The notes under the pieces were generated by a model that saw only the letters and a program-made list of their open reading frames with translations, was not told where the DNA came from and ran no database searches. The translations under genes and the position numbers were made by a program. Positions 59,990 through 64,000 of a stretch of 64,000 nt of DNA are shown piece after piece. The first letter of the stretch is position 1; each line of letters opens with the position of its first letter. Source of the DNA: Vicinamibacteria bacterium (GTDB taxonomy: Bacteria > Acidobacteriota > Vicinamibacteria > Marinacidobacterales > Marinacidobacteraceae); NCBI GenBank assembly GCA_963422395.1, contig OY729431.1:992001-1056000 (forward strand), written 5' to 3'.

Positions 59990-61552
59990 ATGTTTTCCGA
60001 GCCGCCGCTGCCCGCCGGCCTCTACGCGGCGATCGACCTCGGCTCCCGCAGTTTCCACCTGACCGTGGCCCGCGTCCACGGAGAGAACATCGAGGTGGTG
60101 GACCGGCTTCGGGAGCCGGTCCGGCTCGCTGCCGGTCTCCAGGAGAAGCGATTCGAAGCCGCGGTGTGGGAGCGAGCCGAAGCCGCCCTCGCCCGGCTCG
60201 GAGAACGCGTCCGGGATATTCCGCCGGCACAGGTCCGCGCCGTGGGCACGAATGCGTTCCGGCAGCTGCGCGGCCGGAAGGCGGTGCTCGCCCAAGCTGC
60301 CCGGGTGCTCGGGCACCGGGTCGAGGTCATCTCCGGCACCGAGGAAGCGCGCCTCATCTACCTCGGGGTCAGTGCGTCGCTGCCGCCTGGCGGCGGGAGG
60401 CGCCTGGTGCTGGATATCGGCGGCGGCAGCACCGAACTCGTGATCGGCCGGGGAGAGGAGCCGCTTTGCACCGCGAGCCTCTACATGGGGTGCGTGTCGT
60501 TCACCCGGCGCTTCTTTCCTGGCGGGGCCATCACGAAATCCGCCTTCGCTGCCGCCGAGACCGAAGCGCGCAGAGAGCTCGAGACCGTGGAGGAAAGGTT
60601 CTTCCGGGTGGGATGGACCGACGCCTTCGGCTCCTCCGGCACCGTGCGCGCGGCTTTCGATCTGCTCCGCGGCGATCTGCTCCGCGGGAAGGGCGGTCTC
60701 ACCCGGGCCGGGCTGAAGCGTCTCCGTGATCGGATGATCCGAGCCGCCGATGTCACAGCGCTGGCCGAAGGACCGGATGCCATCCCCGGATTTCCCGAAG
60801 ACCGCGCCCGGGATTTCCCCGGGGGTGTCGCGATTCTCCGCGCCGCGATGAAGACCCTGGACCTCGGGGAGCTCGAAGCCGCTGACGGAGCGCTGCGGGA
60901 GGGGGTGCTGTTCGACCTCATCGGACGGCGCCGCCGCCAGGATGTGCGCGAATCCACGATCCGCAACCTCATGGCCCAGTATCGGGTGGACCTCGAACAG
61001 GCCGCCCGGGTGCAATCCACCGCGCTCGCCGGGCTCCGGCAGCTGAAAGACGCCTGGGGACTCGGAGACGAGTCCTCGGAGCGGTTCCTCCGCTGGGCCG
61101 CCGACCTCCACGAGATCGGGCTCTCGGTGTCGTTCAGCGGCCATCACCGCCACGGCGCTTACATCGTCCGGAACTCGGAGATGCCGGGGTTTTCGCGGGA
61201 CGATCAGGAGCTGCTCGCGGCACTCATCGAGACCCAGCGCCAGCGTATCCGCGCCGGCCGGCTCGAAGAGCTCGCCGCCGCCGACCCCGCTGCCGCCGGC
61301 CGGCTCGCCGCCATCCTGAGGATCGCGGTGCTGCTCTGCCGCCGCCGGAGCCGGGAGCCGCTTCCGCGGATCGGCGCTGCCGCCGCCGGAGCGAGCCTCG
61401 ATCTCTCCTTCCCGCCGGGATGGCTGGGGCGCCACCCACTGACCCGCGCCGGGATCGGGCGGGAGACCGGCGAGCTCGCCGCGATCGGCATCGCGCTGAG
61501 CATCCGCGAGCCGGACGGGGGAATCGGCGGGTTCAGTCGGTCACGAAGCTGA
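59990..61552 (+). CDS. ppx: Exopolyphosphatase / pppGpp phosphohydrolase
   Basis: AIDLGS, ISGTEEA, DIGGGSTE, ALREG, LHEIG. Confidence 0.92.
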   Translation: MFSEPPLPAGLYAAIDLGSRSFHLTVARVHGENIEVVDRLREPVRLAAGLQEKRFEAAVWERAEAALARLGERVRDIPPAQVRAVGTNAFRQLRGRKAVLAQAARVLGHRVEVISGTEEARLIYLGVSASLPPGGGRRLVLDIGGGSTELVIGRGEEPLCTASLYMGCVSFTRRFFPGGAITKSAFAAAETEARRELETVEERFFRVGWTDAFGSSGTVRAAFDLLRGDLLRGKGGLTRAGLKRLRDRMIRAADVTALAEGPDAIPGFPEDRARDFPGGVAILRAAMKTLDLGELEAADGALREGVLFDLIGRRRRQDVRESTIRNLMAQYRVDLEQAARVQSTALAGLRQLKDAWGLGDESSERFLRWAADLHEIGLSVSFSGHHRHGAYIVRNSEMPGFSRDDQELLAALIETQRQRIRAGRLEELAAADPAAAGRLAAILRIAVLLCRRRSREPLPRIGAAAAGASLDLSFPPGWLGRHPLTRAGIGRETGELAAIGIALSIREPDGGIGGFSRSRS

Positions 61553-62111
61553 AGATCTTGAAGCGGCCGTCCTGCTCGATCATCGAGCCGAAGAGCTGGA
61601 CGACAGCCTGTTGTCCGCCCGGGCGGCGGACGGTGAGCGTGGTCTGGCGGTGGACCCGGAAGGGTCCGTAGTCGGTGGTCTCACCGGCGAAATCCACAGC
61701 GACGAGTTCCAGCGGCTCTCCCCGGTAGCGGTCGAGGGTGAACGCCAGCGAGTTCCGGCTGCGCTGATGCAGCATGCTCCAGACGAAGTCCGCCGAAGTG
61801 TTCCGCTCGGGGCGGCTCGCCGGCAGCTCGGGGTACACCAGCTCGTGGAATTCCGTTTCATCGAGGGCGATCTCGTGCAGGGTTTCCGGATCGCCGTTTT
61901 CGATCAGGTCGAGGGCCCGTTGCGCCGCCGCCTCGGCGGATTCGAATCCGCCCGTGAAGGAGACAACGGCTTCTTCCATCTCCCGAGGGAGATGCGCCGG
62001 TTGTTCGGAAGACCGGCCGCTGCTGCACGCGGCACCGGCGACCGCGAGAGATGCGGAAAAAACCAGAGCCGACTTCAACGCCGGGCTCAGTTCTGCGCGA
62101 AGTCGGTCCAA
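61533..62111 (-). CDS. Hypothetical lipoprotein
   Basis: Lipobox-like AGAAC; last gene of the TonB receptor operon. Confidence 0.7.
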   Translation of the reverse strand: MDRLRAELSPALKSALVFSASLAVAGAACSSGRSSEQPAHLPREMEEAVVSFTGGFESAEAAAQRALDLIENGDPETLHEIALDETEFHELVYPELPASRPERNTSADFVWSMLHQRSRNSLAFTLDRYRGEPLELVAVDFAGETTDYGPFRVHRQTTLTVRRPGGQQAVVQLFGSMIEQDGRFKIFSFVTD

Positions 62112-63439
62112 CCTCGGAACCAGTCGTCGTCCGGGCCGCAGGCGCCGGCGTAGGTCACGGGGTCGAAGAACCCGTCAGCCGGAGGCAGCGCGGTGCCGGG
62201 AGTCAGGAGCGCCGGCGAACCGGCCTGAGGCCGGCAGTCGGGAGCGGTGAGGTTGTACGGATCGGTGAGCATCGGATCGAGCTCGACGAGCAGCGCCGCG
62301 GCGGCGAAATCCCGGGTCGAGAACGAGGGCGCCGGGTCCTCGCCGGAATCGTCGTCGAAGTTGGCTTCGAGGTTGCCCCAGAAGATCGAGTTCTTCACCA
62401 CCAGCGATCCGTTCTCGGCGTTCTGGTAGGTCGCGGCGTTGTCGATGTCGAGCCCGGTCTCCTTGAAACCGATCACGATCGCGTTCGCGATGGTGGCGGC
62501 GGTGCCCTCGCGGAGCAGCATGCCGATGTCGCTCTCGTCGCCCTCGTCGGTATCGGGGTCTCCGATCAGGGTGAGGTTGTAGAGGGTCGGGTTCGAACGC
62601 GGGATCAGGTCGTTGTTCTCGCCGTTGTTGTCGGCCTCGATCCCCTGGTCGGCGTCATCGCCGCGCTGCTGGGCGATCCAGAACTGTCCGCGGCCGGTCC
62701 AGCCGTCGGTCCAGTCGAAACTGTCGTCGGCGATCCCGGTACAGATCACATGTTTGGCGTCCACCGTTCCGCCGAAGAATTCGACACCGTCGTCCTTGTT
62801 GAAGTGCACCTGGATGTAGTCCACGACGGTGCCGTTGCCGACGCCCTGGAAGGCGATGCCGTTCAGCTCGTTGTCCGGGCTGAACTCGGTGCCGGCGAAC
62901 TCGACGCGGACATAGCGGAGCACGCCGCTGTCGTCGGCCCGGAGCAGCCCGCCGTAGATCCCGGTGCCGCCTTCGCCCTCGGCGGTCCCGCCGGGAATGT
63001 TCAGCGGAGCGTTACCGTTGATGATGAGACCGCCCCAGTCGCCGCGGCTCCGCTGGCCGTCGGGCTGATCGCTGGTCATCACGATGGGCGCCTCGGCGGT
63101 GCCGTCCGCGACGATCTTGCCGCCGCGCGAGACGATGAGGGCGCCGTTCGTCGCGTTCTCTCCGAAGATCCGGGTGCCGGCCTCGATGGTGAGGGTGGTG
63201 CCGGAGCCCACGAACACTGCGCCGCGCAGCACGTACTCGGTGTCCGCAGTCCAAGTGGTTTCCGCTGAGATCGTGCCGGTGACGATGGTGGGTCCGGTGG
63301 CCCCGACAGGCCCGGTGGGCTGGGCGGCCGGAGTGGTCGTGGAACCACCGTTGTCCTCGCAGGCGGAGAAGCCGGCGAGGGGCGCTGCCAGCAGGATGGC
63401 GGAGAGAGCTCGAGGGAAAGCGGTGTTTTTCTTGCGCAT
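62087..63439 (-). CDS. Acidic surface lipoprotein, beta-helix-like, associated with TonB receptor
   Basis: Lipobox FSAC; DDSGVLRYVRVEFAG, NELNG, DDGVEFFGG, DDSFDW motifs; RBS AAGGAGG. Confidence 0.8.
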   Translation of the reverse strand: MRKKNTAFPRALSAILLAAPLAGFSACEDNGGSTTTPAAQPTGPVGATGPTIVTGTISAETTWTADTEYVLRGAVFVGSGTTLTIEAGTRIFGENATNGALIVSRGGKIVADGTAEAPIVMTSDQPDGQRSRGDWGGLIINGNAPLNIPGGTAEGEGGTGIYGGLLRADDSGVLRYVRVEFAGTEFSPDNELNGIAFQGVGNGTVVDYIQVHFNKDDGVEFFGGTVDAKHVICTGIADDSFDWTDGWTGRGQFWIAQQRGDDADQGIEADNNGENNDLIPRSNPTLYNLTLIGDPDTDEGDESDIGMLLREGTAATIANAIVIGFKETGLDIDNAATYQNAENGSLVVKNSIFWGNLEANFDDDSGEDPAPSFSTRDFAAAALLVELDPMLTDPYNLTAPDCRPQAGSPALLTPGTALPPADGFFDPVTYAGACGPDDDWFRGWTDFAQN

Positions 63440-63570
63440 GGAGAAACCTCCTTCAGCTGCGCTGATCGAAGAGGGGAAGGAAAGGGCGAGTGGCAGGGAG
63501 GCTTCCAGGAAATCCCTCTTCGCCTCGGATTCACCGTGGTGCCAAGGATGCGGGATGCCGAAAGGCGCGG

Positions 63571-64000
63571 TCAGAAGACCGCATAGGAGAGGCCGATGGA
63601 GAACGAGCGGCCGAGGCTGAAGACCCGCTGGAGTCGCCCGCCCTGGGTGAACTCGTACGGGGAATCCAGCAGGTTGTCGAACGCGGCACGCAGGTTCAGC
63701 GAGCCGAAGCGTTTGAGGAACACCGCGTCGAGCACCCCGCGCCCGGTCTCGTGGATGTCCGGCATTCCGAGCGATCCGACATCCACGATGCGGTCCCCGA
63801 AGTAGTTGTAGAGGATGCGCACGCTGCTCCCGATTTCGGGCAGGTCCACCTCCAGGCTCAGGTTGAAGACATGCGCCGACTGTCCTGCGAGCGGCCGCTC
63901 GAGGCTCGTCTGCACCTGTCCAGCGGTCTCTTCGAGTTCGATCTGCGAGTTCACGAAGGTGTAGTTCGCCGAGCCCGTCATCCGGCCGAGGCGCCGCCGG
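63571..64000 (-). CDS. TonB-dependent receptor, C-terminal part (cut by window edge)
   Basis: ANYTF..S, RPLAGQS, FDNLLD, terminal GRSFSIGLSYAVF. Confidence 0.88.
   Translation of the reverse strand, partial: RRRLGRMTGSANYTFVNSQIELEETAGQVQTSLERPLAGQSAHVFNLSLEVDLPEIGSSVRILYNYFGDRIVDVGSLGMPDIHETGRGVLDAVFLKRFGSLNLRAAFDNLLDSPYEFTQGGRLQRVFSLGRSFSIGLSYAVF

Overview
High-GC (about 70% by eye) bacterial chromosomal window. Gene content is compatible with an Acidobacteriota-like heterotroph, but taxonomy is not provable from the sequence. Housekeeping and catabolic blocks: M14 peptidase, lipA, 2-oxoacid dehydrogenase E2, boxC-boxB-thiolase, split methylmalonyl-CoA mutase, family-4 UDG, sulfite oxidase plus cytochrome c, RlpA, PQQ dehydrogenase, RND pump, galK, Lhr, kynU, selB, S51 peptidase, apaH, ppx and a TonB receptor-lipoprotein operon. 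Two accessory/defence patches interrupt these. The first (11.8-15.75 kb) is an ABC-ATPase-TOPRIM gene facing a coupled three-gene cassette resembling a chaperone/antitoxin/ADP-ribosyltransferase toxin module, bracketed by a degenerate ~140-bp direct repeat. The second (20.4-31.8 kb) is a type III R-M system whose mod gene is frameshifted at a G16 tract, a NACHT-nuclease and an AAA_14/DUF4143 ATPase. Features the ORF track misses: a UGA-recoded UxxC selenoprotein with a SECIS-like hairpin; a CTAG-targeting IS1182-like MITE family, one copy inserted in frame and creating a lipobox; an S9 pseudo-peptidase; a ~296-bp tandem repeat; a candidate structured RNA; and strong ACGT depletion.
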